IMG/VR virus record: IMGVR_UViG_3300025723_000084
Location: 1-39,599 of that record
Direction: 5' to 3' (one strand)
DNA: 39,599 nt
DNA from: a virus
Lineage: Duplodnaviria > Caudoviricetes
In this document: piece by piece, positions 9,492 through 18,623 of the stretch
How the letters are laid out: every line of letters starts with the position of its first letter
Position numbering within the stretch: position 1 is the first letter of the stretch
The notes under the pieces: generated by a model
What the model was told of the DNA's origin: nothing
Database searches by the model: none
What the model saw: only the letters and a program-made list of their open reading frames with translations
Translations under genes and position numbers: made by a program

Positions 9492-10184
9492 ATGTACACA
9501 AAACGCGGATATAAAAAGCCACAGGCTACTGAAATTATAACCAATGATTTATGTCAGTATGGATGTGACGGTCTAGCTAAATTTATCTTTACTAATGGCA
9601 AAATATGTTGCAGTAAACATCAAAATTCATGTTTAGGAAAAAGAAAACAATTTTCAGATAGAACTGATCATAAAGAGACGGCAGCAAAATCATTAGCAAC
9701 ACGATCTAGATTAGGGATAACCAAATCATCACGAATAAAAGCTCATGCCACTATGGAAGCTAATGGAACCTATCAAGTAATGCGAGAGAAAATGCAATCG
9801 CATTGGAAAAATAATCCACATCAGAACAATGTTCAGTGTCCATTAATTTCTTATAAAGGTACCGCTCTAAATTATCAAGGCAGTTATGAATATGAATTTT
9901 TAGAAAAATTAGAACAACAATATGGTATCAAATGGATTATAGCAAATGTAAAACGCGGTCCATCACTATGGTATAATGATCCTAAAGATAGAACCAAAAG
10001 ACTTTACATTAGTGATTTTTTAATAGATAATACTATTTACGAGATTAAATCTCAGTGGACATGGAACAGACACGGAGCAGATATTGAACTAGAAAATATG
10101 AACAAAGAAAAATTAAATGAATGTGTCAGGCAAGGATATAAAGTGATGTTAGTATTAAATAAACAAGAACAGGAATGGTTATGA
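9492..10184 (+). CDS. Putative free-standing homing endonuclease, PD-(D/E)XK/TnsA-like, with an N-terminal Cys-rich region
   Basis: CQYGC...CCSKHQNSC; YQGSYEYEF; YISDFLIDNTIYEIKS (D...EIK). Start revised to ATG 9492 on the basis of SD and promoter. Confidence 0.7.
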   Translation: MYTKRGYKKPQATEIITNDLCQYGCDGLAKFIFTNGKICCSKHQNSCLGKRKQFSDRTDHKETAAKSLATRSRLGITKSSRIKAHATMEANGTYQVMREKMQSHWKNNPHQNNVQCPLISYKGTALNYQGSYEYEFLEKLEQQYGIKWIIANVKRGPSLWYNDPKDRTKRLYISDFLIDNTIYEIKSQWTWNRHGADIELENMNKEKLNECVRQGYKVMLVLNKQEQEWL

Positions 10185-11107
10185 AGAATACCCTTTGGGT
10201 TGAGCGTTATCGCCCAAAATCTATTAATGATTATGTATTCGTAGATGAAAGACAAAAACAACAAGTAGAGGGTTGGATTCGTGAAGGGTCAATTCCTCAC
10301 TTGTTACTGAGCGGTGAACCTGGTACAGGTAAAACAACACTTGCAAAAGTATTAATGCATGAACTTGGTATCGAAGAATATGATATTTTAGAAATCAATG
10401 CAAGTCGTGAAAATAGTGTAGATGTTGTACGTGACAAAGTAGTTGGATTTGTACAAACTATACCATTTGGTAAGTTTAAAATCGTGTTGTTAGATGAGGC
10501 TGATTATCTATCACCACAAGGTCAAGCAGCGTTACGTAGTGATATGGAAACATATCATTCTACTGCTAGATTCATTTTAACTTGTAATTATGAACACAGA
10601 ATTATTCCAGCATTGCGTGAAAGTCGTTGCCATAAGTTTCACATTAGTAAGCCTGATCGTGTAGATTTTACTGCTAGGGCGGCTACAGTATTGGTTAGTG
10701 AAAATATAGAATTTGATTTAGAAGTATTAGATACTTATGTTGGTGCTAGCTATCCGGACTTACGCAAGTGTTTGAATCAACTTCAAGTAAATAGTAGTAG
10801 TGGTGTGTTATTAGCACCTCAAGAAGCTAATAACAGTGAAGAAGAAATGTTAGTGAATGCAACACAATTGTTTAAAGATGGCAAAACTAGTGAAGGTCGT
10901 AAACAGTTGTTACAATATTTAAGTTTGTATCCTTCACGCATCGAAGAAATTTATCGTTGGATGTATAATAACTTAGACCTTTGGGGTGATACTCAAATGA
11001 AGAAAGATGCTAGCATTATTGTGATTCGTAATGGGTTAGCAAATTTAAGTTTAGTAGGAATTCCAGAGATTAGTCTGTCTGCAACCATCATTGAACTAAC
11101 AAGTTAA
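10181..11107 (+). CDS. Clamp loader AAA+ subunit (RFC small subunit / T4 gp44-like)
   Basis: LWVERYRP, Walker A GEPGTGKT, EINAS, Walker B LLDEAD, FILTCN, SRC motif; ATGA overlap with the endonuclease stop. Confidence 0.93.
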   Translation: MKNTLWVERYRPKSINDYVFVDERQKQQVEGWIREGSIPHLLLSGEPGTGKTTLAKVLMHELGIEEYDILEINASRENSVDVVRDKVVGFVQTIPFGKFKIVLLDEADYLSPQGQAALRSDMETYHSTARFILTCNYEHRIIPALRESRCHKFHISKPDRVDFTARAATVLVSENIEFDLEVLDTYVGASYPDLRKCLNQLQVNSSSGVLLAPQEANNSEEEMLVNATQLFKDGKTSEGRKQLLQYLSLYPSRIEEIYRWMYNNLDLWGDTQMKKDASIIVIRNGLANLSLVGIPEISLSATIIELTS

Positions 11108-11117
11108 AGGTATTAAA

Positions 11118-11378
11118 ATGCGATATTTATTGGTAACTTACGTTAAAAAAGCAAATGGTCAGATTGACGAACAAGTTGGGCTTTCTAAGGTATTGAAAGA
11201 GCGTGATTTGACAATGTGTAGTATCATTGTTGATTTTAAAGATCAAGTACTAGTAAAATCTGTTGTTCAAGGTCAAACTATTCCAACAGATTTCACTAAA
11301 GTAGTTGAGTATTATGAGAGTGTCTATCCAGATTTGATTAATAATCTAAAAATGGATAATAATCATCCTATCACTTAA
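11118..11378 (+). CDS. Hypothetical protein
   Basis: 86-aa ORF with AAGGT SD; its stop overlaps the phoH stop at palindromic TTAA (11375-11378). Confidence 0.75.
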   Translation: MRYLLVTYVKKANGQIDEQVGLSKVLKERDLTMCSIIVDFKDQVLVKSVVQGQTIPTDFTKVVEYYESVYPDLINNLKMDNNHPIT

Positions 11379-12157
11379 CTATACAAGTTAAGTACATGTT
11401 CAATAATTCTATGTCTTTGAACATCTTTTAGTTCAAAGTTGCATAATTGCAGACCTGGAATCACCCCCTTCCTCAATCGATTTTGTAAATCCATTAGCCC
11501 ATTGTCGGCTGTTTTACGATCGGCTTGTTCAACGTCGCCAGTAATTACAATCTTACTGCCGATACCGATGCGAGTCATAATCATTTTGAGTTGACCAGGT
11601 GTGCAATTTTGTGCTTCATCAAGTATTACATAACTATGTTTAAAGTTTCTGCCTCGACAGAATGCTAGGGGTGCAATTTCCACTATCTGTTCTTCTAGCA
11701 TGTGGGCAATTTCTTTTACTGTGTAATACTCACGTAGTACATCTAATAACGGTCTAGTCCAGGGTTCCATTTTTTGATTGATGTCTCCAGGTAGAAATCC
11801 GTGTTTCTCATCATCAACTCCCACTGCAGGTCTTGATAATATAATGCGATCTACTTTTCGATCTTTTAATGCCTTGATTGCAGCCAACATAGCAAGGTAA
11901 GTTTTACCTGTACCGGCAGGTCCACCAACCACAACAATATCAGTACTTTCGTCTAATAATGCTAGCATGTATTTTTCTTGGTTGACTGACTTCGGTATAA
12001 GTTGAACCGGTTTACTAACCGACTTTGGCTTACTTTGATTGAAGTTGATTGTTTTAGATTCATTCATGTAAAATGTTTGGGCATCTGATTTCTTATTGTG
12101 TGAGTATCGTGTGTCTTGTTCCTGATTGCGTAAAGCACTAGTTTTTCTTTTGCTCAA
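11375..12157 (-). CDS. phoH: PhoH-like ATPase
   Basis: GPAGTGKT, RIILSRPAV, GFLPGD..KM.PW, EIAPLAF.RGR, ILDEAQN, TR.G..SK.V.TGD..Q.D; TTG start with AAGGAG SD. Confidence 0.96.
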   Translation of the reverse strand: MSKRKTSALRNQEQDTRYSHNKKSDAQTFYMNESKTINFNQSKPKSVSKPVQLIPKSVNQEKYMLALLDESTDIVVVGGPAGTGKTYLAMLAAIKALKDRKVDRIILSRPAVGVDDEKHGFLPGDINQKMEPWTRPLLDVLREYYTVKEIAHMLEEQIVEIAPLAFCRGRNFKHSYVILDEAQNCTPGQLKMIMTRIGIGSKIVITGDVEQADRKTADNGLMDLQNRLRKGVIPGLQLCNFELKDVQRHRIIEHVLNLYS

Positions 12158-12200
12158 AGTTTTCTCCTTAAAAGAGCTAAGTTCTCATAAAACTCAAGTA

Positions 12201-12318
12201 TATTTAAAGGCATTCAGATAATCAATAATGTGATGCTTATTGTGTACGAAAAAATGATAAATATTAGGCTGACCCCAGAAAAATCTTAAACTCATAATCA
12301 TTTCAATATTGATAAATA
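12201..12318. promoter_or_regulatory. Divergent promoter region with late-type TAAATA motifs
   Basis: TTTAAATA on the - strand (12201-12208) toward phoH; GATAAATA at 12256-12263 and 12311-12318 on the + strand. Confidence 0.6.
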
Positions 12319-12324
12319 CTAATT

Positions 12325-12924
12325 ATGAGTAATAATCCAGCCGACAAATTCTTTGACAACATTGATTACCCTAGTATTATTGACAATATTAAGGGAATAT
12401 ACACCAGCGATGGCTCAATGAGTACCTTGCTTGACTTTGAGCGTGTGCTTGATGAAGCAGATTTATATGCTTACAAATACTGGGAATTGGGTGAGTTAGT
12501 CAGCGGCCCAGAAATCAACAAATATACAGTTGCTTGCATGTTTATGTATCCTAGACGATTAATGCCTGATCCAAGGGGAGCAAAAAGATTATTATCAGTT
12601 GGTTGTAATATCAAGTTCAAAAAAACTATAATTGAAGTACCAATGGCAATCAAAAATGAAGGTGACTTTAAACCCGGTACACACTATCCTAAAATGGAAG
12701 AACGTGAGATTTGGTTAGTGCGTATTGAAATGCCAAAAGAATTGATGAATGATATACGTGAAGGATCAATTGACTTAGCAGGACAAACAATTGATTTTGA
12801 CGAATTAGATGATGCGTACGATGATAATTTGGACCAAGAAAGCGTTAAAGATCAGGATGATGATAATAATGTTAATATGGCTCAACCAGGAATGGGTAGT
12901 ATGCCACCCGGAGGCCCAATGTAA
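12325..12924 (+). CDS. Hypothetical phage protein with acidic/low-complexity tail
   Basis: 199-aa ORF starting 6 nt after GATAAATA. Confidence 0.8.
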   Translation: MSNNPADKFFDNIDYPSIIDNIKGIYTSDGSMSTLLDFERVLDEADLYAYKYWELGELVSGPEINKYTVACMFMYPRRLMPDPRGAKRLLSVGCNIKFKKTIIEVPMAIKNEGDFKPGTHYPKMEEREIWLVRIEMPKELMNDIREGSIDLAGQTIDFDELDDAYDDNLDQESVKDQDDDNNVNMAQPGMGSMPPGGPM

Positions 12925-13460
12925 TGAGACATCTTAAAGAAAGTTTAGATTACCATGATCTTGAAGGTCAAGTAGAACCAAAAATATCTGTAGACGAATA
13001 CAGTGCAAAAGTAGGCAGTGATGCAGATATCGTAACACTTGCTTTTATTATCAAGGGAAAACAAGCAAGCAATGATTTAGTCAGTTGGTTTGAAAGAGGT
13101 TATAATTTTATTATTGATGCTGATGTGAGTGATGGTGAAATAAAGCCTGGAAAATATGTTGTATTTGTAGAAATGAAAAGAAGAACATCAGTACCTGAAA
13201 ACATCGTAGAGATTGTAGAAGATTTAGAAACATTGACCGATTTAAATGTTAAAGATTGGACAGTAACAGTTAATGAACAAGACTATGATTGTGATGCAGA
13301 GCAGTTGAAGCAAGTAATCATACTAAGTCCACATGAATATCGCATAGAAAAAGAAACAGATTTAAATGAAATGCGTGAGTTATCCGGTGTAACTCCAACA
13401 AAAATATATGGCAAAAAAGATTCGTTACTAAAAGATTTTATATCAAAGGCAGGTTTGTAA
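12924..13460 (+). CDS. Hypothetical protein, possibly head-associated (MRHLKE N-terminus)
   Basis: TAATG-coupled; L-K-E near the N-terminus and L-N-E near the C-terminus. Confidence 0.75.
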   Translation: MRHLKESLDYHDLEGQVEPKISVDEYSAKVGSDADIVTLAFIIKGKQASNDLVSWFERGYNFIIDADVSDGEIKPGKYVVFVEMKRRTSVPENIVEIVEDLETLTDLNVKDWTVTVNEQDYDCDAEQLKQVIILSPHEYRIEKETDLNEMRELSGVTPTKIYGKKDSLLKDFISKAGL

Positions 13461-13462
13461 GA

Positions 13463-14176
13463 ATGGCAACAACATTATTAGCAAAAAAAGCAGACGGAGA
13501 AAATCCAATAGCTACTGATGACGATCACCATGCAGCATTAGCGAGTGATCCTACAATAGCACAATTTCCAGCAGGGAGTACACAAGTGGCAACAACAACA
13601 CCAGCAGCCGGCGGCTTTGGAGGAACATGCAATGCAGCAACATCAACAACAGGATCAACAAGTGGGTCTTCAGCATTTGGCGCACCGTCATCAGGAGGAT
13701 TCGGTTCCTCAGGCGGTTTTGGTTCATCAACGCCAAGTAGTGGCTTTGGAAGCAGTTCTAGCGGAAGCGGCTTTGGAAGCTCATCTGGCGGCTTCGGGTC
13801 AACCAACGTAAACAATATGGGTTCAACTGGTACTAGTAATATGAACATGAGCATGAGTAATGCTCCTGTATTAACTGGTGCAGGCGCAAATGCTGCACAA
13901 GACGGTGAAACATTAGTTGCAAATACTAACACAGATTGGGTAAACAATAAGTGGCGTCCAATGATGGGTTGGATGTACATGTTAGTATGTACAATGGACT
14001 TTGTTGTGTTCCCAGTACTATGGTCATTACTACAAGCAATGAGTCATGGACAAGTTACAAGTCAATGGCAACCGGTCACACTACAAGGTGCTGGATTATT
14101 CCATATGGCTATGGGTGCAGTATTAGGTGTAGCGGCTTACGGTAGAACAAAAGAAAAAGTAGCCGGAGCAGCGTAA
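13463..14176 (+). CDS. Holin of the GTA 3TM-type family with an N-terminal FG/Ser/Gly-rich disordered region
   Basis: C-terminal W...WRP.MGW.Y..VC..DF, hydrophobic segments and LG..AYGRT.EK. Confidence 0.8.
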   Translation: MATTLLAKKADGENPIATDDDHHAALASDPTIAQFPAGSTQVATTTPAAGGFGGTCNAATSTTGSTSGSSAFGAPSSGGFGSSGGFGSSTPSSGFGSSSSGSGFGSSSGGFGSTNVNNMGSTGTSNMNMSMSNAPVLTGAGANAAQDGETLVANTNTDWVNNKWRPMMGWMYMLVCTMDFVVFPVLWSLLQAMSHGQVTSQWQPVTLQGAGLFHMAMGAVLGVAAYGRTKEKVAGAA

Positions 14177-14182
14177 TAAATA

Positions 14183-14211
14183 TTGACATCTAACAACTAA
14201 TTTGTTATAAT
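14183..14211 (+). promoter_or_regulatory. Perfect consensus sigma70 promoter for dnaJ-clpA, with adjacent late motif
   Basis: TTGACA (14183-14188), 17 bp, TGnTATAAT (14206-14211); AATAAATA at 14175-14182; ATG 7 nt after the -10. Confidence 0.88.
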
Positions 14212-14218
14212 CAATATT

Positions 14219-15037
14219 ATGGACTACTACAATACATTGGGGGTTGATCGAAATGCTAGCCCCGACGAAATTAAAAAAGCATATCGTAAACTAGCAGCAC
14301 AACACCACCCTGATAAAGGTGGTGATACTGCTATGTTTCAAAAAATTCAAGAAGCTTATGAAACACTAAGCGATCCACAAAAGAAACAACAACATGACAA
14401 TCCAAATCCTTTTGGTGGAGGATTTTCAGGTGGTTTCCCTGGTGGTTTCCCCGGAGGACCAGGAGGATTTCATTTCAATGTCAATGGCTTTGATGTGAAT
14501 AGTATGTTTGGTCAAATGTTTGGTGGTCCTTTTGGACACCGACACCCACAAAAAGCACAGTATAAAACTACAGTTTGGGTAACTCTTGAACAGGTATATA
14601 CTGGTGATGAACAATCATTACAATTCAATCACAATGGACAGAATTTGAATGTAAAAGTACAAATTCCAAAAGGCATTGAGGATGGTGGTACACTTAGATA
14701 TGATAATCTTATACCAGAGGGTATATTGATAATTGAATATAGAATTCAAGATCATGCTAAATTCCAAAGACAAAATAGTGATTTGGTTTCTGATCAGAAA
14801 ATTTCTATACTGGATTTAATCATAGGTAAAACCTTTAAGTTTACTACTATCAGTGGTAAAACATTAGATGTTACAGTTAAACCCAAAACACAACCAAATA
14901 GTACATTGAGACTTACTGGTGAAGGTATGCCTAGAAATCAAGGCTACGGTGACCAATTGATTGTACTTAAGCCCTATATGCCTGATATAATTGATCAAAC
15001 TATCATTGATAGCATAATTGCAACACAATCAAAATAA
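14219..15037 (+). CDS. dnaJ: DnaJ-family (type II/CbpA-like) co-chaperone
   Basis: J domain (DYY..LGV, EIKKAYRKLA..HHPDK), G/F-rich linker and C-terminal domain (LR..GEGMP...GD); no Zn finger. Confidence 0.93.
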   Translation: MDYYNTLGVDRNASPDEIKKAYRKLAAQHHPDKGGDTAMFQKIQEAYETLSDPQKKQQHDNPNPFGGGFSGGFPGGFPGGPGGFHFNVNGFDVNSMFGQMFGGPFGHRHPQKAQYKTTVWVTLEQVYTGDEQSLQFNHNGQNLNVKVQIPKGIEDGGTLRYDNLIPEGILIIEYRIQDHAKFQRQNSDLVSDQKISILDLIIGKTFKFTTISGKTLDVTVKPKTQPNSTLRLTGEGMPRNQGYGDQLIVLKPYMPDIIDQTIIDSIIATQSK

Positions 15038-15046
15038 AGGAATTAA

Positions 15047-17320
15047 ATGCATTCACCCGAAATTGAAGCTATTATTGAACGAGCAGTTCATTTGGCAAAA
15101 CAACGCAATCATCAGTATTGCACAGTAGAACATTTGTTACTGAGTTTAGTCACACACCCGCCCTTCAAAACCTGTCTAGACAATTTTGGTGTAGAAACTG
15201 ATTCTATGATACATGAAATAGTATTGTATTTAGATGGGTTAAAAGGGGTACAGGTAGTTGTACAAGAAGGGGTTGAAGTACAACCCCGAAAGACAAATAG
15301 TTTAGAACGTGTGATGAATCGTTCAGTGACGCAAGTATTGTTTACTGGAAGAAAAGTTGTTACAACAGTAGATTTGTATTTGAGTATTGGTAGCGAAACC
15401 AATAGCCATGCACATTACTTTTTGTTAAAATATGGTATTACTAAAAATGAGTTTATACCCTATTGGCAAAAAAATTATAAAGGCGAGGATTCTATTAGCA
15501 AGATGACTGATAATCAAGCCGATGATGTATTGGATGAATACACAATTAATTTAACAGAACTAGCAAGAAATAAAAAGTTAGAACCAATGATTGGTCGATA
15601 TACAGAAGTTGATGATATTATTAATGTTCTTGCCAAACGATTTAAATCAAATGTATTGATGGTTGGTGACCCTGGTGTAGGTAAAACTGCTATAGCAGAA
15701 GGTCTAGCACAACAATTAGTTTCAGGTAACGTACCTGAGTTCTTACATGGTTATGAATTATATAGCTTAGAGATAGGTTCATTGCTAGCTGGTACAAAAT
15801 ATCGTGGTGATTTTGAAGAGAAAATTAAACACGTACTTGAGGCATTAAAAACTAAAAAGAATGTTATTCTTTTTATTGACGAAGCACATACAATGAAGGG
15901 TGCGGGAAGTGCGGGAAGTGGTAGTGTAGACTTTGCAAATATGATTAAGCCTGCTATTACTAAAGGTTACTTAAAAGTCATTGCAAGTACAACATGGGAT
16001 GAATACTACGAAAGCTTTGAAAAAGATCGTGCATTAATGCGTAGATTCTATCGTGTTAGTGTAGATGAACCTAACAAAGAAAACACAATCAAGATTTTAA
16101 CTGGATTGAGTCAAAGACTTAATGAATTCCACAAGGTAGAAATCACAGAAGATGCAATTGTTGCTAGTGTTGAGAATGCAATACGTTATATGCATGACCG
16201 TAAGAATCCTGACAAGAGTATTGACTTATTAGATGCCGCTTGTGCTAAACAACGTGTATTAGAAAATGTTGGTGCAGTTATCACAAAAGAAAATATTTAT
16301 GAACAAGTAGAAAGAATGACTGGAGTTACTGTTGATAAGTTAAATGATAATAAATCAGATTTAGTTGTTGGCTTAGAAGGTAATATTAAAGATAAGTTAT
16401 ATGGACAAGAAGAAACAGTTGATAAAGTACTTGAAAGACTTTATGTGAGTTTTGCAGGTATTGGTAATCCTACTAGACCAATGGCAAGTTTCTTATTCTT
16501 GGGCCCAACTGGTACAGGTAAAACTGAATTGGCAAGATTACTTAGTAAGAATTTAGAGATGCCGCTCATTAAGTATGACATGAGCGAATATGGTGAGAAG
16601 TTTACAGTAAGTGCATTGCTTGGTCCCCCTCCTGGTTATGTTGGTTTCGGTGAAGGCAATTTAGGTGGTGGACGATTGATTAACGACTTAAGTAAGAATC
16701 CACATTGTATTCTATTATTTGATGAAGTTGAAAAAGCACACCCCGATATTTTCAACATCTTCTTGCAGTTACTAGACGAGGGTAAAGTCACAGGTTCTAG
16801 TGGTAAAGAAGTCAATGCTAAAAATTGTATTGTCATTATGACAAGTAATCTAGGTTCAAGTGATAGCGAAAGAAGTAACATTGGATTTGGTAGTCAAGAA
16901 AAAACAGGTGAAGATGACAAAGCACTAAAAGAATTCTTCAAGCCAGAGTTTAGAAATCGTATTGATATGATATGCAAGTTCAATAAACTTGACACACTGG
17001 CTATTAAGAAAATTGTTATCAAATTTACTGATGATTTGAAGAAATCTCTTAAAGACACACATGATATTACTCTCACTCTAAGTGAACCAATTGTTAACTA
17101 TCTAGCCGAAAAAGGATATGACAAGAAAATGGGTGCACGACCGTTAGGTCGTAAGATTGATGAACTTATTAGAGTACCTCTGAGTAAGAAAATATTATTT
17201 GAAAAAATCAAGAATGCTACTATTAATGTTCAACTTGGATTTCATGATTTAATTGTATTTGACGTACAACCAAAACTAACAGCAACAGTAGGTGAAAATG
17301 GGATCATTCAAGTCAGTTGA
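15047..17320 (+). CDS. clpA: ATP-dependent Clp protease ATPase subunit, ClpA-like
   Basis: Clp N-domain (EHLLL); AAA1 GDPGVGKT/KYRGDFEE/FIDEAH; AAA2 GPTGTGKTE/PPGYVG/FDEVEKAHP; IGF loop; GARPL; no ClpB middle domain. Confidence 0.93.
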   Translation: MHSPEIEAIIERAVHLAKQRNHQYCTVEHLLLSLVTHPPFKTCLDNFGVETDSMIHEIVLYLDGLKGVQVVVQEGVEVQPRKTNSLERVMNRSVTQVLFTGRKVVTTVDLYLSIGSETNSHAHYFLLKYGITKNEFIPYWQKNYKGEDSISKMTDNQADDVLDEYTINLTELARNKKLEPMIGRYTEVDDIINVLAKRFKSNVLMVGDPGVGKTAIAEGLAQQLVSGNVPEFLHGYELYSLEIGSLLAGTKYRGDFEEKIKHVLEALKTKKNVILFIDEAHTMKGAGSAGSGSVDFANMIKPAITKGYLKVIASTTWDEYYESFEKDRALMRRFYRVSVDEPNKENTIKILTGLSQRLNEFHKVEITEDAIVASVENAIRYMHDRKNPDKSIDLLDAACAKQRVLENVGAVITKENIYEQVERMTGVTVDKLNDNKSDLVVGLEGNIKDKLYGQEETVDKVLERLYVSFAGIGNPTRPMASFLFLGPTGTGKTELARLLSKNLEMPLIKYDMSEYGEKFTVSALLGPPPGYVGFGEGNLGGGRLINDLSKNPHCILLFDEVEKAHPDIFNIFLQLLDEGKVTGSSGKEVNAKNCIVIMTSNLGSSDSERSNIGFGSQEKTGEDDKALKEFFKPEFRNRIDMICKFNKLDTLAIKKIVIKFTDDLKKSLKDTHDITLTLSEPIVNYLAEKGYDKKMGARPLGRKIDELIRVPLSKKILFEKIKNATINVQLGFHDLIVFDVQPKLTATVGENGIIQVS

Positions 17321-18077
17321 TAATATTCCTGATATTCAATACGTTGAATATCGTGACACTCTTTACTATAATAAGTACAAGTATCGTGCAAAATTTCATT
17401 TGTATGGGTTAAGACGAAGTACATTTCATAAATCAATTAATGATCTAATTGATAGATTAACACTTGATGAAGAAGAATTTAAGGGTAAGGGTTTTGGAAT
17501 TTCGGTATATCCTAATTCTTATTATTCTACAATTGCAATAAAAGAGTCTAGGCAAATTTACGACAATATTGCTAGCTTGTCTAAATTCATGGATTGGCAT
17601 AATATTCAAAAAAGACAGAAGGATACATTATTCAGAATTGAACATAATGATGCAAGTGTGTTTAGCAATGATCTAGAGTTGTTGAAGACACTTGCAGACA
17701 TATTTGACGGAGATATATCAAATATCTCTTTCACACAAGCAATACCTGCTGATCTGATAGGTGTAAAAACTTTCATTAAAGAACCAAAACATAAATTCCG
17801 TGTCTATATTCGTAGTAAAATTGTACCAGAAGATTTTAGAAAAACCTTTAGTAAAATTCTCAAAACCAATAAAAAAACATTGTTCCCTAGCAATAGTTTT
17901 CGTGACTGGTTAACTCAAAAACGTCCGGGATATGTTTGGAGTTATAGTAATAGATATCTGCACAGTAGTTATTATATTGACTATGATGATGAAAGTATGA
18001 TAACTTATCTAGCATTAATGTACGGTGATATTCTTGGTAAAAAGTACAGATTAGAAAAACGACCAGATACTGAATAA
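17298..18077 (+). CDS. Hypothetical protein
   Basis: About 260 aa, overlapping the clpA end (GTG 17292 is an alternative start). Confidence 0.75.
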   Translation: MGSFKSVDNIPDIQYVEYRDTLYYNKYKYRAKFHLYGLRRSTFHKSINDLIDRLTLDEEEFKGKGFGISVYPNSYYSTIAIKESRQIYDNIASLSKFMDWHNIQKRQKDTLFRIEHNDASVFSNDLELLKTLADIFDGDISNISFTQAIPADLIGVKTFIKEPKHKFRVYIRSKIVPEDFRKTFSKILKTNKKTLFPSNSFRDWLTQKRPGYVWSYSNRYLHSSYYIDYDDESMITYLALMYGDILGKKYRLEKRPDTE

Positions 18078-18081
18078 CTAT

Positions 18082-18089
18082 GATAAATA
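18082..18089 (+). promoter_or_regulatory. Putative late promoter GATAAATA
   Basis: Upstream of the 18112 operon. Confidence 0.65.
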
Positions 18090-18111
18090 CTCTATTATAT
18101 GGGGTATTTTG

Positions 18112-18282
18112 ATGGCTCAAATCTACGAAGAAGTAATTGTAATTAAACTAAGCACATTGCGAAAAAGCAATGTAATAATTAACCAAACCCCACTGGCTAG
18201 TGAAGAAATAGTTTCTAGTATAGAGCAAGTAGTACAAGAATTAGTAGGTGATGGTGTAGTTGTGGAAGTGGAGACTGCGTAA
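18112..18282 (+). CDS. Small hypothetical protein (56 aa; missing from the ORF track)
   Basis: MAQIYEEVIVIKLSTLRK...VQELVGDGVVVEVETA; GGGG SD-like element; TAATG-coupled to 18282. Confidence 0.8.
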   Translation: MAQIYEEVIVIKLSTLRKSNVIINQTPLASEEIVSSIEQVVQELVGDGVVVEVETA

Positions 18283-18623
18283 TGTCACAAGCCACAGTAG
18301 CAATATTATTACCACAAACTGCATATAACGGTGTAGATACGGTCACGGGAAATGCAATACACGCTGCATCATATTACCTAAGTTCACAGAATTTACAAAC
18401 ATTGTCTTGGTCAGTTACTAATTTTACTGGCAATATAACGATAAACGCTAGTTTAGCAGATACTCCCGGTACAAATGATTGGTTTGTTGCTTATACATTC
18501 CCAGCATATAACAACACAACAAAAGTTAATTACTATAACTTATATGGTAACTTTGTATGGTTACAAGTTAATATTAATAATTTTGTTCAAGGCCAAGTAG
18601 ATAATATCAAGGTTAGTTATTAA
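18282..18623 (+). CDS. Hypothetical beta-rich protein, possibly structural
   Basis: 113 aa, coupled on both sides; FTGNITI.ASL...DWF...GNFVWLQV. Confidence 0.75.
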   Translation: MSQATVAILLPQTAYNGVDTVTGNAIHAASYYLSSQNLQTLSWSVTNFTGNITINASLADTPGTNDWFVAYTFPAYNNTTKVNYYNLYGNFVWLQVNINNFVQGQVDNIKVSY

